Shown here: positions 9,550 to 19,550 of the stretch, piece by piece
Position numbering within the stretch: position 1 is the stretch's first letter
Layout of the letters: every line of letters starts with the position of its first letter
Source: a virus
Reading direction: 5' to 3' (one strand)
IMG/VR virus record: IMGVR_UViG_3300036766_001333
Span: 1 to 64,000 of that record
Length of the DNA stretch: 64,000 nucleotides
The notes under the pieces: model-generated
The model's database searches: none
What the model was told of the DNA's origin: nothing
The model's input: only the letters and a program-made list of their open reading frames with translations
Translations under genes and position numbers: made by a program

Positions 9550-10053
9550 ATGGCTACAGGAGAATTTAAACTACCTCCCAATTTAGAACCTTTATTCACT
9601 ACTTTAAAAGGTCAAGATAGAAGAACATTAAAAACAGTAGGTAAAGGGTCCGTTATTACTTTTAATTATATTGGTCAAACCAAGTATAGGATACATGATC
9701 CTTATCCTATGATTATAGTATCTGATATTTTTAATGAGATGATCCGTGGGGTTAACCTAAATTACCTCACGTTACCTTATATGAAAGGCTTAGTTGTATC
9801 GTATGCGGACAATCCAAGATTCTCGTATACATATATAAAAGGAGATCAATATATAGTAGGAGCCTTTCGAAGCTACAAACGTGCCGGTATTAGTCAGTTA
9901 AGAATACTCGATACTGGATTTCTTCGTGATTTGTTAAAAGTAGTGAGATCATTAGAGCCAGGAGAAATTGAACAGATGCGAGCGCAAGTAGAGAGATTAT
10001 TACAAGAAGGAATTAATCAGCCTCCAGCGCAAGAGGGGCCAGAAATTAAATAA
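9550..10053 (+). CDS. T4 gp2-like DNA end protector protein
   Basis: G.VITFNY...HDPYPMII...GVNLNYL resembles the gp2 D.FPL...GLNLHYL pattern. Confidence 0.6.
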   Translation: MATGEFKLPPNLEPLFTTLKGQDRRTLKTVGKGSVITFNYIGQTKYRIHDPYPMIIVSDIFNEMIRGVNLNYLTLPYMKGLVVSYADNPRFSYTYIKGDQYIVGAFRSYKRAGISQLRILDTGFLRDLLKVVRSLEPGEIEQMRAQVERLLQEGINQPPAQEGPEIK

Positions 10054-10055
10054 CT

Positions 10056-13000
10056 ATGGAAGCCCGTGATGGAATAGGTCGAACAGTTAAAATGCAAGAC
10101 AATTTAACTGTCGAAGATTTAGTAAAAGCATTAGATCAAAATGAAATCAGTGTCAAACCTAATGAAGCTGAATTAGAGATGGTCCGTAAACAAGAAGAAT
10201 ACAACAAAACAGGAGACATATTAAAGAAACATTTAGAAAAATTAGTCAAACAATCTGAAGGGCAACAAAAAGCCATAGACAAATTAAATGATAAGTTAGT
10301 TGAGGCTATGAAGCTCAATGAACAATACAGAGATAAAAAAGATAAGCAGACCCCAGAAGAAAAAGAATATTACAAGAAGGCTGTTAAAAAAGGTAGCATT
10401 TATGTCCATGATGAAGGGACACATAAATTATTAGAACAAATGATTCCTTTGTTGGGCGGGAAGGCTGCTGGAAATATAACTGGTGTTGCAGGATCATTTT
10501 CATCAGACCTTCAAAAAACTCTGGAACTGTTGAATAAAGTAGCAGTAAGTGGAACTCAGTTAATTGATAGTGTCACACTAATAAACAGAAAAGGCGAACT
10601 AGGAACAGGCACAGGGAATATTCCAGGAATACCTGCCCCACCGAATCCTGACCCTGAAGTATTAAAAGATATTGAGAAAGATAACAAAGCAAGCAAGGGA
10701 GTTTTTTCTGCCATGTTAGGTTGGTGGAAAAATTGGGGGAAAAAAGGAAATGATAAAGATAAGAGTAATCATGAAGATTTAAAAAAGATTTTCGGCATGG
10801 ATATTGGCACAAGAGCTAAAGAGAAATTTAGAAGTGTTGGAGCTACACTTGTTTCAGAAAAAGCAGGGGGAGTCGATGTAGCCGACAAATTAATACGTGC
10901 AATGAATTTAGAAAGATTAATTGGTGGAATATTTAATATTACTGGAGCCGTCATAGGAAAAGCATTAACGGCTTTTTTGCCGGAAGTGTTTAACAAAATT
11001 AGTAAAACAGTTGGTAAATTTTTTGGCGGTATTGCAGAAACAAGTGCAAGCATATTCCTAGAACCTCTTAAAAAACAACTTGAAACATATAGTGACATAA
11101 GACAAGTAATAGATCAGACAACCAGAGGATTAGGTCTAAACAATAAAGAAATTGAAAGTGGGTCTATTGGTATAAAAGAAATTCGTGAAACGGGACAAGA
11201 TATAAATACAATACAAAAAGAATGGATCAAAAACTGGAAAAGAGGCATTCAAGAAATAGGAAAGACAAAGAAAGTTTTAACAACCGGCTTATCTACAGCT
11301 TATTTAATAGGATCAAGTGCAAGTGAAACTTCTGATATGTTCTCAGATTGGCATCAAAACTTAAGACTATCAGTAGGGGATTTAGGCATTATGGGTAGAG
11401 GTTTAGTAGAAATATCTAAATCTACAGGAGTTACTGGAGACAATTTACTTAGAGTAGCCAAATCTGCCGGACAATTAATGCAGAATATGAAGGACGCTGG
11501 AACCTTTACTACGTCTTATGGGAAAATGATAACCAAAATTCTAGCTGAAGCTTCAAAAGTAGGGGCAGAAGATATAGGCAAAGAAGTTCTCCAAATGATG
11601 CAAGGAGGACTAGCTTTTGGTGGAGGAGATGAAAGTTTAAAAAGATTTATGACTATGGGTGCTGGTGCTGTTGGTCCTGCTGGTGGCATGTTGACAGATA
11701 AGTTATTTAAAGGGCAAAAATTATTACCAGAGGAAATGAAACAATTAGCTACAGGCATGGAGCGAGTTATTCAAGACATGATTGATGATATAGCACCAAT
11801 TGGAACAAATTTCAAAAATTTAAACGAGCAGCAAAGGGAAGACCTGAATTTTCAAATGAAACTTGCTTTTGGGGAAAAAATTAAATCAGAGAAAATGCTT
11901 GCCTTCATAGAATCTATGAGAAAAGGATCAAAAACTTTCGCTGAAACCTTAGAAGACTTAACTAAGGAAGGCGAGAAAAATATTTCGGCAGAGAAAACAA
12001 AGCAAATAGAACAAGAAAAAAGTAATCTTATTACAAGTGAATCTTTAGACCTTTTTTCAAAATACAATGACTTACTTCAAACAGAAGGACCAAATGCATT
12101 AAAAAAATTCATGGAAATGCCAGGAGTGAAAGAAAGTTTAACAGCCTTAAATGTAAAAGGCACAACAGAGCCAGAAGTTTTAAAAGGATTATTACAACCA
12201 GTAATTAATAATTTGAACAAAAAAATTACATCCGATCCAAAATTATCAAAAACCATGAAGCCTTTCGATAGTAATGTCATAAAAGATGCATTAGATAAAG
12301 GTGCTAAAGGCATCGAAGACTTATTTGAAAATATAAACGAAGTTCAAAACCAGATAATTATACAACAAAAAGCCAATCTCGATCCAGTTAAAGCTCTTGA
12401 ATTTGCGGTTAATCAGTTATCAGGATCAGTTCAAGAATTGGCCTCAAATTTAACATCAAAATTTCACGAGTCACTCACAAAACTAGTAGTTAATTTGGAC
12501 AATTTAATCACAGCATTTACACGTTTATCAGATGAAACTAAGACAGTAATAGGATTATTAGTTGGTGGAGGCGGATTGGTTTTGGCGCTTGCAACAGTTG
12601 CAGGTACAATAAAAAATACAATTGAAGTAATTAAAACATTACGAGGATTAGGAGCAGTTCCAGGAGCAGCAGGAGCAGTTCCAGGAGCAGCAGGAGCAGT
12701 TCCAGGAGCAGCAGGAGCAGTTCCAGGAGCGGTTCCAGGAGCAGCAGGAGCAGTTCCAGTTGCCGCAAGTCCGTTGGTTCTTGCTAGCCTCCCAACTGCA
12801 CTAGCAGGATTATTTTATGTCCTCAAAAAAGGCAATGATGCTACAAGTGAAAGAACAGATGCGTTGATGGCAGAAACCCCTAAATTAATTGCAAATTTAA
12901 AGCAACAAAACAAAAACATGGAAAGTAGCGTAGCCAAAGTAAATGCAGATAAAATTAAAGAGGAAATGCAAAACCTTAGTCAACAAACAATAGCTTTAGC

Positions 13001-14438
13001 AAAAGCTGCGCAGGAAGATATAAATAGTCTCAATAGTGCAAAAGCTAAAGTTGATGATGCATTTCAATCTTTCTTTTCAGCAAAATGGTTTAGGTCTAAC
13101 TATATGACAGAGAGAGATGCAGAAATTCTTCAGAATCAAATTACACAAGATAGAGTGCAAAGAGAATTAAATGACAGACAGAAAACCCTTGAAGAATCGT
13201 TGGCTAGAGCTTCTGCTAGAGAAAACATAGGCAAAACAACAACAGAAATTGGCGAACATGAGAAAAAATTAGCAAATGCTAGACAAGAAGAAAAAGACCT
13301 TAATAAATTATTGGCAGAAAAGAGAAAAGAATTTGATAATCGTGGGTTTTTTCAATCCAAGACAGACCTAAGAATAGAAATTAATGATATAAACGCTAAA
13401 ATTAAAGAAGCTACAGAACTTAGAATTGAAGAAGAAAAACTTGTTGATCTTAAAAAACAAGGTCTTTTAGCCAGTAAAGTAGACTATATGGTTGATGTTG
13501 GCGCTAATAAAGTTAAAGGAAAAAACTTAGGTTTATTAGAACAATATTCTGAAATATTTATGAAAATGCGACAAGCCAAAGGAACTGGTTGGGATGCCGC
13601 TACAGACCCAGAAGTTCAGCTTATGAATAAACAACTTGGCATAAATCTTGCTGACCTGGAGAAAGAATCTGCATTGCGACAAGAACTTTTTGGCAAAAAA
13701 AGTGCCGCTCAAGAATCACTTGGGATAAATAGAAAAAAAATGGAAGAATATCTCAACAAGTGGAAAGATAACAAAGATTGGAATAATTTCATGCGAGCTA
13801 GCATGAATGAACTTGGAAATACAAATTATAAAACCTTTGATGAAGCTATTACCAATGCAACTCCTGAAGTAATTGCTAAAGCGCTTCAGGCATATTCCAC
13901 CGAACGTCCTCAATATACTTTGAACACAGGTAAGGAAATAGCAAATGCACTTATTGAATCACAAAATAGACTTGGAAAAGCAGATGAAGACATAAAGAAA
14001 TTAGCCGATGCTGGTCTTAAAAAAGACAGTATTTATGTTTATGATACTCATGCTGAGTTAGTTTTAGCCAAAATTTCAGAAAGTATAAACAAGCTATTTG
14101 CAACACCAATATTGCCTGGACCTATAGACCCAGAGGCAGAAATAAAAAGAAGAAAACTAGAAGCAGAGGAAAGAAATAAACCTATAGTTATAGAAAATGA
14201 TGACCTTTCTTCTATAGAAGAAACCAATAGAACAGTTGCAGAAAAAATAGCTATTGTTGCTGATCTCCTAAAAGACATTAAGGAATCCTTAGCTCCAAGA
14301 AAAAGATATGCTGGAGATAGTGGCAGAGATGTAAGCGAAGAACCTTATAATGATGGAGTGTTAGATACAGAATGGGTACAGGCAAGATTTGATGAAATGT
14401 CTCCTGGACTCGGAGGAGAATACACGGATGGAGCTTAA
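10056..14438 (+). CDS. tail tape measure protein
   Basis: 1460 aa, helical, A/G/K/E-rich with hydrophobic segments; directly upstream of baseplate genes. Confidence 0.75.
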   Translation: MEARDGIGRTVKMQDNLTVEDLVKALDQNEISVKPNEAELEMVRKQEEYNKTGDILKKHLEKLVKQSEGQQKAIDKLNDKLVEAMKLNEQYRDKKDKQTPEEKEYYKKAVKKGSIYVHDEGTHKLLEQMIPLLGGKAAGNITGVAGSFSSDLQKTLELLNKVAVSGTQLIDSVTLINRKGELGTGTGNIPGIPAPPNPDPEVLKDIEKDNKASKGVFSAMLGWWKNWGKKGNDKDKSNHEDLKKIFGMDIGTRAKEKFRSVGATLVSEKAGGVDVADKLIRAMNLERLIGGIFNITGAVIGKALTAFLPEVFNKISKTVGKFFGGIAETSASIFLEPLKKQLETYSDIRQVIDQTTRGLGLNNKEIESGSIGIKEIRETGQDINTIQKEWIKNWKRGIQEIGKTKKVLTTGLSTAYLIGSSASETSDMFSDWHQNLRLSVGDLGIMGRGLVEISKSTGVTGDNLLRVAKSAGQLMQNMKDAGTFTTSYGKMITKILAEASKVGAEDIGKEVLQMMQGGLAFGGGDESLKRFMTMGAGAVGPAGGMLTDKLFKGQKLLPEEMKQLATGMERVIQDMIDDIAPIGTNFKNLNEQQREDLNFQMKLAFGEKIKSEKMLAFIESMRKGSKTFAETLEDLTKEGEKNISAEKTKQIEQEKSNLITSESLDLFSKYNDLLQTEGPNALKKFMEMPGVKESLTALNVKGTTEPEVLKGLLQPVINNLNKKITSDPKLSKTMKPFDSNVIKDALDKGAKGIEDLFENINEVQNQIIIQQKANLDPVKALEFAVNQLSGSVQELASNLTSKFHESLTKLVVNLDNLITAFTRLSDETKTVIGLLVGGGGLVLALATVAGTIKNTIEVIKTLRGLGAVPGAAGAVPGAAGAVPGAAGAVPGAVPGAAGAVPVAASPLVLASLPTALAGLFYVLKKGNDATSERTDALMAETPKLIANLKQQNKNMESSVAKVNADKIKEEMQNLSQQTIALAKAAQEDINSLNSAKAKVDDAFQSFFSAKWFRSNYMTERDAEILQNQITQDRVQRELNDRQKTLEESLARASARENIGKTTTEIGEHEKKLANARQEEKDLNKLLAEKRKEFDNRGFFQSKTDLRIEINDINAKIKEATELRIEEEKLVDLKKQGLLASKVDYMVDVGANKVKGKNLGLLEQYSEIFMKMRQAKGTGWDAATDPEVQLMNKQLGINLADLEKESALRQELFGKKSAAQESLGINRKKMEEYLNKWKDNKDWNNFMRASMNELGNTNYKTFDEAITNATPEVIAKALQAYSTERPQYTLNTGKEIANALIESQNRLGKADEDIKKLADAGLKKDSIYVYDTHAELVLAKISESINKLFATPILPGPIDPEAEIKRRKLEAEERNKPIVIENDDLSSIEETNRTVAEKIAIVADLLKDIKESLAPRKRYAGDSGRDVSEEPYNDGVLDTEWVQARFDEMSPGLGGEYTDGA
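12651..12758 (+). repeat. 21-bp tandem repeat encoding GAVPGAA inside the tape measure gene
   Basis: ggagcagttccaggagcagca, about 5 copies, one shortened. Confidence 0.95.
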
Positions 14439-14450
14439 TGAAAGGTAATT

Positions 14451-15050
14451 ATGAGGGCAACTAATTCAGACGGAACCCTAAGAACATTAGAGAGATGTAA
14501 AATCATAACCCCCAATGGGACAGTTGACTTAAAAATACTCCCAGATATAAGCGATAGCAAATCGGCAAGTTGGGCCAGTGAACCCATTTTTGGTCGTTCG
14601 TCTCCTATGGTAACTTTTAGTTATTCTGATGCTAGAACCATACAGACTGATTTGCATTTTATGATAACTAAATGCACAGACATCAAAGATAATTTAAAGT
14701 ATCTAAGAATCCTACAAAGTTTAGTATATCCAGGAAAATCCACAGGGGATGTTCCTTTCACGCCGCCTCCTGTATCCAAAATAATTTGCGGACATCTGTT
14801 AGCTTCTCAAGGAGATGAAGGGAAGGGATGTACAGATGGCGTATGTGTAATTATGAGAAATTATAATGTAAGATATCCAACTGACGTGGCCTGGGACGAA
14901 AATGATCCTAATGGAGTCAGTCCTAGCTACTTGCCATATAGATTTACATTAAGCTGTTCTTGGGAAGTAGTTTATGCTTGCAAGGATTTACCAACTAATA
15001 ATATGATAGCAAAACAAGCATTAGATTGGTGTGGAATTGTAAAGGTTTAA
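14451..15050 (+). CDS. baseplate tail-tube initiator (CIS tube-like domain)
   Basis: W.SEPIFGRSSP..F....R.I...L.F and LQSLVYP...PPP pattern; follows tape measure. Confidence 0.65.
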   Translation: MRATNSDGTLRTLERCKIITPNGTVDLKILPDISDSKSASWASEPIFGRSSPMVTFSYSDARTIQTDLHFMITKCTDIKDNLKYLRILQSLVYPGKSTGDVPFTPPPVSKIICGHLLASQGDEGKGCTDGVCVIMRNYNVRYPTDVAWDENDPNGVSPSYLPYRFTLSCSWEVVYACKDLPTNNMIAKQALDWCGIVKV

Positions 15051-15052
15051 TT

Positions 15053-15370
15053 ATGGCTCTATATACAAGATACGCAAATATACCAGCATCTAGATTTGTT
15101 CAACCAACAAGCAGATACGCAAATTCTAAGACTATATTTTACACAGAGGATAAAAAAATAACATTTGATACTTATAAAAGAAAACCTTATGTTGGCGAGG
15201 GCAGTTGGCTAGAAATTACAAGTTCTGTTGAATATAGACCAGATTTAGTGTCTTTTGAATTCTATGGTGCCCCTGATTTTTGGTGGAAAATCATGGAAGT
15301 GAATGGGATGATGGACGTTTTGCAATTTAAACAAGGAATAAATATATTTTTGCCTAGTAATATTTTTTAG
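15053..15370 (+). CDS. gp53-like / LysM-like baseplate wedge protein
   Basis: YRPDLVSFEFYGAPDFWWKIMEVN. Confidence 0.8.
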   Translation: MALYTRYANIPASRFVQPTSRYANSKTIFYTEDKKITFDTYKRKPYVGEGSWLEITSSVEYRPDLVSFEFYGAPDFWWKIMEVNGMMDVLQFKQGINIFLPSNIF

Positions 15371-15379
15371 GACATCAAA

Positions 15380-17365
15380 ATGACTGTTTTTTCAACTACG
15401 TGTGGGCCTACTATTCCAAATGAAGTTTATTGTTCTTGTAGCACTCCATATATTACTGCTGGAGAGGGTGCGGATGCGGGCAAAACATTCGTTGGAAATT
15501 GTAAAACAGGCAATCCAAAAAGTAAATTTTTTGTTAAAGATTCGGTTAAATTAAAAACTTTATTAGCAGGAACAAGAATATCTCCGTGGGCTAAAATAGA
15601 ATTTATAGAACCTTGTAGTCACTTTTTCATAACTACAGGAAATGAATCTATGGAGTGGCAACTTAAAGGCGAGCCTGTAGAAAAGAATTGTCGTGCTGTA
15701 ATTAAATCATTCCAATATTCATGGGGAACCACAGGTCAAGGGAATACAGCTAAAGTTATAATTCATGACGAACAAGGAAGCTCTTTTAAGCTTTTTGTAG
15801 ATAGATTGTTCAAAAACTTACCGGGCGGAGCATTGCCACAACATGGTGTATATAAAGTAGTTGCAACTTGGGGATGGTTTGTTTCTGGAATGAATGGTTG
15901 CGATAGTGGCATTGCTAATGACGACCAAATCATATGTAGTCCGCAATGTTGGTTTATTCCAATGGGCGTTCAATCTAGTATCCAAAATGGTAAATTCATA
16001 TATGAAATAGAGTTAACTGATACTTTGCAAAGAGCACAATACTCAATAAATGAACAAACTATCGGCAAGCCATCTTTTCTTGGTATAACTCCTTTAACAT
16101 ATTTCACTGACGCTGTAGAACAATTAGGAAGAATTTCCAGACCTCAATTTAGAGCAGCATTTAAACAAGTTGATGATAATGGTGTAACTGTGCCGATGAA
16201 ATTTCATTTACAGTCCGGTACAACTCCAAATAAATTTCATCCAGATAAAGGGCTAGGAAAACAATCGTGGAAAACAGATAGTCGTGACCCTCTTAAAACC
16301 ATATGTAATTGGTTAAAAGAAGTATTAGCAGAGGGGGGGATTAAAGATCAAGGTCGTGGCATAACAATTAATTACGATCCTACGTATCATTGTAAATATT
16401 ATGATGGAGCATCTGATAACACTGATAATTATGGAAACCCATGTAAAGATGATAAAATTCCAGCAAACGGACAATTATTGTTTTGGGCCGATCCTCAAGC
16501 AGCAACCAATGGAAAAAATTTAAATGTAACTAATAAATGTAAAGCTTTATACATTGTAAATGGCGGTAATTGCTCATCAGTGCTAAGTTTCCAGCCAACA
16601 ATGAAATGGAATTTTCAAAGTGCCGTAAACGCTGGAGGTACAGCAACAACTAATTCGGGTGAAATGAGAAAACTATCAGCAGACAACCTTCTTAAATCTT
16701 TCGGGAATGTTATAAAATCTTATGTCCCCGTTACCGATGACGCCATAGATGCTTTGGGCAAGGAGGCTTTACCATACATATATAAATGTATATCAAATAA
16801 CCATAGGGCCAATTTTCCTATAGACTCTATAGAAGCCGAGTTAAGAGTCCAAGGCGATCCATCTCTATTTTTATGTACTCCCAGAGAAGGGACTGGAAGA
16901 ACTGTGGCAATCGTAGTAGTAAACCCCTTTTATCTAGATAGCGCCGATCCGCTCGTCAACCCAAATGATTGTTTGAAATGGACGCAAGGGCCAGGCACAG
17001 CATCCACTAATAGTAGCTCTTGCAATGAAATATTAACTAATAGAGCATGGTTTATTAGGTCAGTAGACCATCAAGTAAAAGAAGGGTCATATATAACTAC
17101 ATTAAAAGTATGGTTGCCAGTTCCAGGATCAGAATTAGCAACATTTGGTTCGCCGTTTACTCCTTTAGGCGGCGACGAACTTGGTTATACATTTGATGAC
17201 CCAACATCAGGTGGCGTACCTATAGGGTATGGGACACAAGAATGTATACATAGATATCCCGTAGGCGGAGAAGCTGTTGATTCACAAGGTTGTGCGTTAA
17301 TACCTGGCGATGGCGGATCGGAAGGATATGGAGACTTCTGCGATGGCGATCCTCATATACCATAA
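15380..17365 (+). CDS. putative baseplate hub protein (gp27/gpD-like), Cys-rich
   Basis: Synteny between gp53-like and gp5-like genes; AELRVQGDP and WFIRSVDHQV..G.YITTL C-terminal barrel pattern. Confidence 0.6.
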   Translation: MTVFSTTCGPTIPNEVYCSCSTPYITAGEGADAGKTFVGNCKTGNPKSKFFVKDSVKLKTLLAGTRISPWAKIEFIEPCSHFFITTGNESMEWQLKGEPVEKNCRAVIKSFQYSWGTTGQGNTAKVIIHDEQGSSFKLFVDRLFKNLPGGALPQHGVYKVVATWGWFVSGMNGCDSGIANDDQIICSPQCWFIPMGVQSSIQNGKFIYEIELTDTLQRAQYSINEQTIGKPSFLGITPLTYFTDAVEQLGRISRPQFRAAFKQVDDNGVTVPMKFHLQSGTTPNKFHPDKGLGKQSWKTDSRDPLKTICNWLKEVLAEGGIKDQGRGITINYDPTYHCKYYDGASDNTDNYGNPCKDDKIPANGQLLFWADPQAATNGKNLNVTNKCKALYIVNGGNCSSVLSFQPTMKWNFQSAVNAGGTATTNSGEMRKLSADNLLKSFGNVIKSYVPVTDDAIDALGKEALPYIYKCISNNHRANFPIDSIEAELRVQGDPSLFLCTPREGTGRTVAIVVVNPFYLDSADPLVNPNDCLKWTQGPGTASTNSSSCNEILTNRAWFIRSVDHQVKEGSYITTLKVWLPVPGSELATFGSPFTPLGGDELGYTFDDPTSGGVPIGYGTQECIHRYPVGGEAVDSQGCALIPGDGGSEGYGDFCDGDPHIP

Positions 17366-17378
17366 ATAGAGAACAAAA

Positions 17379-19550
17379 ATGAGACAAGAAATTGATAGAA
17401 TTTGGAATATTATAAGTAGACATGAAAAAAAATTGCGTGGCATGAATGTTAACAAAGCCATCAATAAATTTTTCAAAAGAAAACGAGGATATTTTAGACA
17501 ACAAGCTCCCCGTGGAGTTCATTTGGCTCTTTGCGTCGATACTCGTGATCCTTGGAAACAAAACAGAGTTAGATTTTTTAGCCCTGCTTTTAATCTTCCT
17601 AAAAATGCAATAGCTACTGTTGCTACTGCTCCTACTAGTCCTCAAAGTGTTACTACTAAAATAAGCCAATTAAGATGGGCATCTCCAATATCATCAATGG
17701 GAGGATTTGATGATTGTGGGATGACATGGGTTCCGCCTCCAGGATCAACTGTTTGCTTATTATTTCAAAATGGCGACCCAGAGACAGCTTTCTATATTGG
17801 CACAACTTGGCATAGAGATAGAGGGCCAGTAAATAATCATAACTGGAACTACGACATTGATGAATACCAAAAAATATTCGAAGGTCATAGGCATGGTTAT
17901 ATGGTAGGAAAAAATGATGAATCTCAAGTTCTACCACCATTTAATACAGATAATTATCAAGGGTATGACCTAGATACTAACTCTGATGTTAACTTAGTGC
18001 CAGATGCCCAAACCAAAACAACATGGCCGCACCAATACGGATGGAAAACTCCTGAAAAACATATGGTTCGTATGGATGATGGCGATCCAAAATGCAATCG
18101 TCGGTGGAAGCGATTTGAAATAATGTCAAGTATGGGTCATTATTTTTTAATGAAAGACGATCCGTATCATCATTGTGGAGAATGGACTAATCCAAATTGT
18201 AAAATATCTTATATAGACATTGTTCCTAGTGTGTGTATTGGAAGTTTTATATCAACTTCCTATATCAGTCCAGTATCTTCAAATATAGTTATCAGTATAA
18301 CGGATTTGCCTTATGTTTGCCTACAAGGACCAGAAAATTGTCCTACCTCACCAGAAGGATCAATAACTCCTGTAGAAGATGAGTATCTAGGAACGGAATA
18401 TCTTTGTCCAGGATTTTCTCCACCTTCAACTATTTCGACAATGCCCGTTGATTGTTTGGGAGTATTAAGAGGATTAACTGATTTTTGTTTTTCTTTCAAT
18501 AATCAAGGCAAGAATAGATATCACAAGCATAAGCAAGAATGTTTTCCATTTTTATGTAATAAATGTGCTTTACTTCAATCAGGAATGCAACTTCTATCTA
18601 GATCAGGTGCCACATTAGTTATGGACGATTCGGTAGAAGAACCTAGAGAAAGGCCAGAATGGGAAAGAGCACTAGAAGAATTTGACATGGATGGATGCAC
18701 TGGAAACTTTAAAGGAAGAACTTTTTTGAGATCAGCTACAGGTCATTACATAGAATTAAATGATACAGAAGATCAACCAAAAGTTAGAAGTATCAGAAAT
18801 GGTATAAACATTGTTACTGCAAGTGGCAACGAAATATGTTTAAACGATCATTCAAAGCCATGCTGTATTGCTGGAGAGCTTAGAGGAATTCATATAAAGA
18901 GTACAGCAAACCATACTCTCGACATGGTTGATGATACCAACAGACAATGTAGTGATGAAAGAAATGGTTGTTCAAAAACTGGCCCCTATGCAAAAAAGGC
19001 ATTTGTAAGACTTAGAAGCGGGTATGGAATAGCAGTAACATTAAGTGATTCTAATGACCAAACAAAAACAGATCAGCAGTATCTTCAATTAATGGCACCT
19101 CAAAAAGATAACCTTGTAAGAGGTTCACATATATTCCACATGCAAGAAAGACCTAGTGGGCCTGGGCAAATTTTTCTCCGAGCAGGCGGAGATTTCATAG
19201 TTCAAACTTATGATAGCATGGTAGAAGTAGTAGGAGATGAAAAAGATAATCCTGCTAATAAACTTGAATTTGTATCTAGGTCGAAAATAGTAAGTGTAAA
19301 AGATGTTTATTATAATAAGGCAAAAACTCATGTTTTTTGGGCAGATGATTATATATTATTATTAGCGGGCAAAGATTGCGGGCCATATGAAGGAGATGAT
19401 AAGGGGACGCCATGTGTGTTTCCAGTAGTTGTTGCCGTGCAGCCAATACCAGAGTTTGTTACTGCTGCAACAGGCATGAAAGCTTCCACACACGTTTTTG
19501 CAAGTTCTTTGCCATCAATACCATGTGAAGGCATAGCTAGTGATTTATAA
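17379..19550 (+). CDS. gp5/VgrG-like baseplate central spike
   Basis: OB-fold signature DPWKQNRVRF...WASP...VPPPGSTV.LLFQNGDP..AFYIG; repeated S.GH...DD beta-solenoid segments. Confidence 0.8.
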   Translation: MRQEIDRIWNIISRHEKKLRGMNVNKAINKFFKRKRGYFRQQAPRGVHLALCVDTRDPWKQNRVRFFSPAFNLPKNAIATVATAPTSPQSVTTKISQLRWASPISSMGGFDDCGMTWVPPPGSTVCLLFQNGDPETAFYIGTTWHRDRGPVNNHNWNYDIDEYQKIFEGHRHGYMVGKNDESQVLPPFNTDNYQGYDLDTNSDVNLVPDAQTKTTWPHQYGWKTPEKHMVRMDDGDPKCNRRWKRFEIMSSMGHYFLMKDDPYHHCGEWTNPNCKISYIDIVPSVCIGSFISTSYISPVSSNIVISITDLPYVCLQGPENCPTSPEGSITPVEDEYLGTEYLCPGFSPPSTISTMPVDCLGVLRGLTDFCFSFNNQGKNRYHKHKQECFPFLCNKCALLQSGMQLLSRSGATLVMDDSVEEPRERPEWERALEEFDMDGCTGNFKGRTFLRSATGHYIELNDTEDQPKVRSIRNGINIVTASGNEICLNDHSKPCCIAGELRGIHIKSTANHTLDMVDDTNRQCSDERNGCSKTGPYAKKAFVRLRSGYGIAVTLSDSNDQTKTDQQYLQLMAPQKDNLVRGSHIFHMQERPSGPGQIFLRAGGDFIVQTYDSMVEVVGDEKDNPANKLEFVSRSKIVSVKDVYYNKAKTHVFWADDYILLLAGKDCGPYEGDDKGTPCVFPVVVAVQPIPEFVTAATGMKASTHVFASSLPSIPCEGIASDL

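Noticed and set aside
13084-13093. Partial match to the TnpB guide inside the tape measure gene
   Set aside because: About 10 nt in AT-rich DNA, expected by chance
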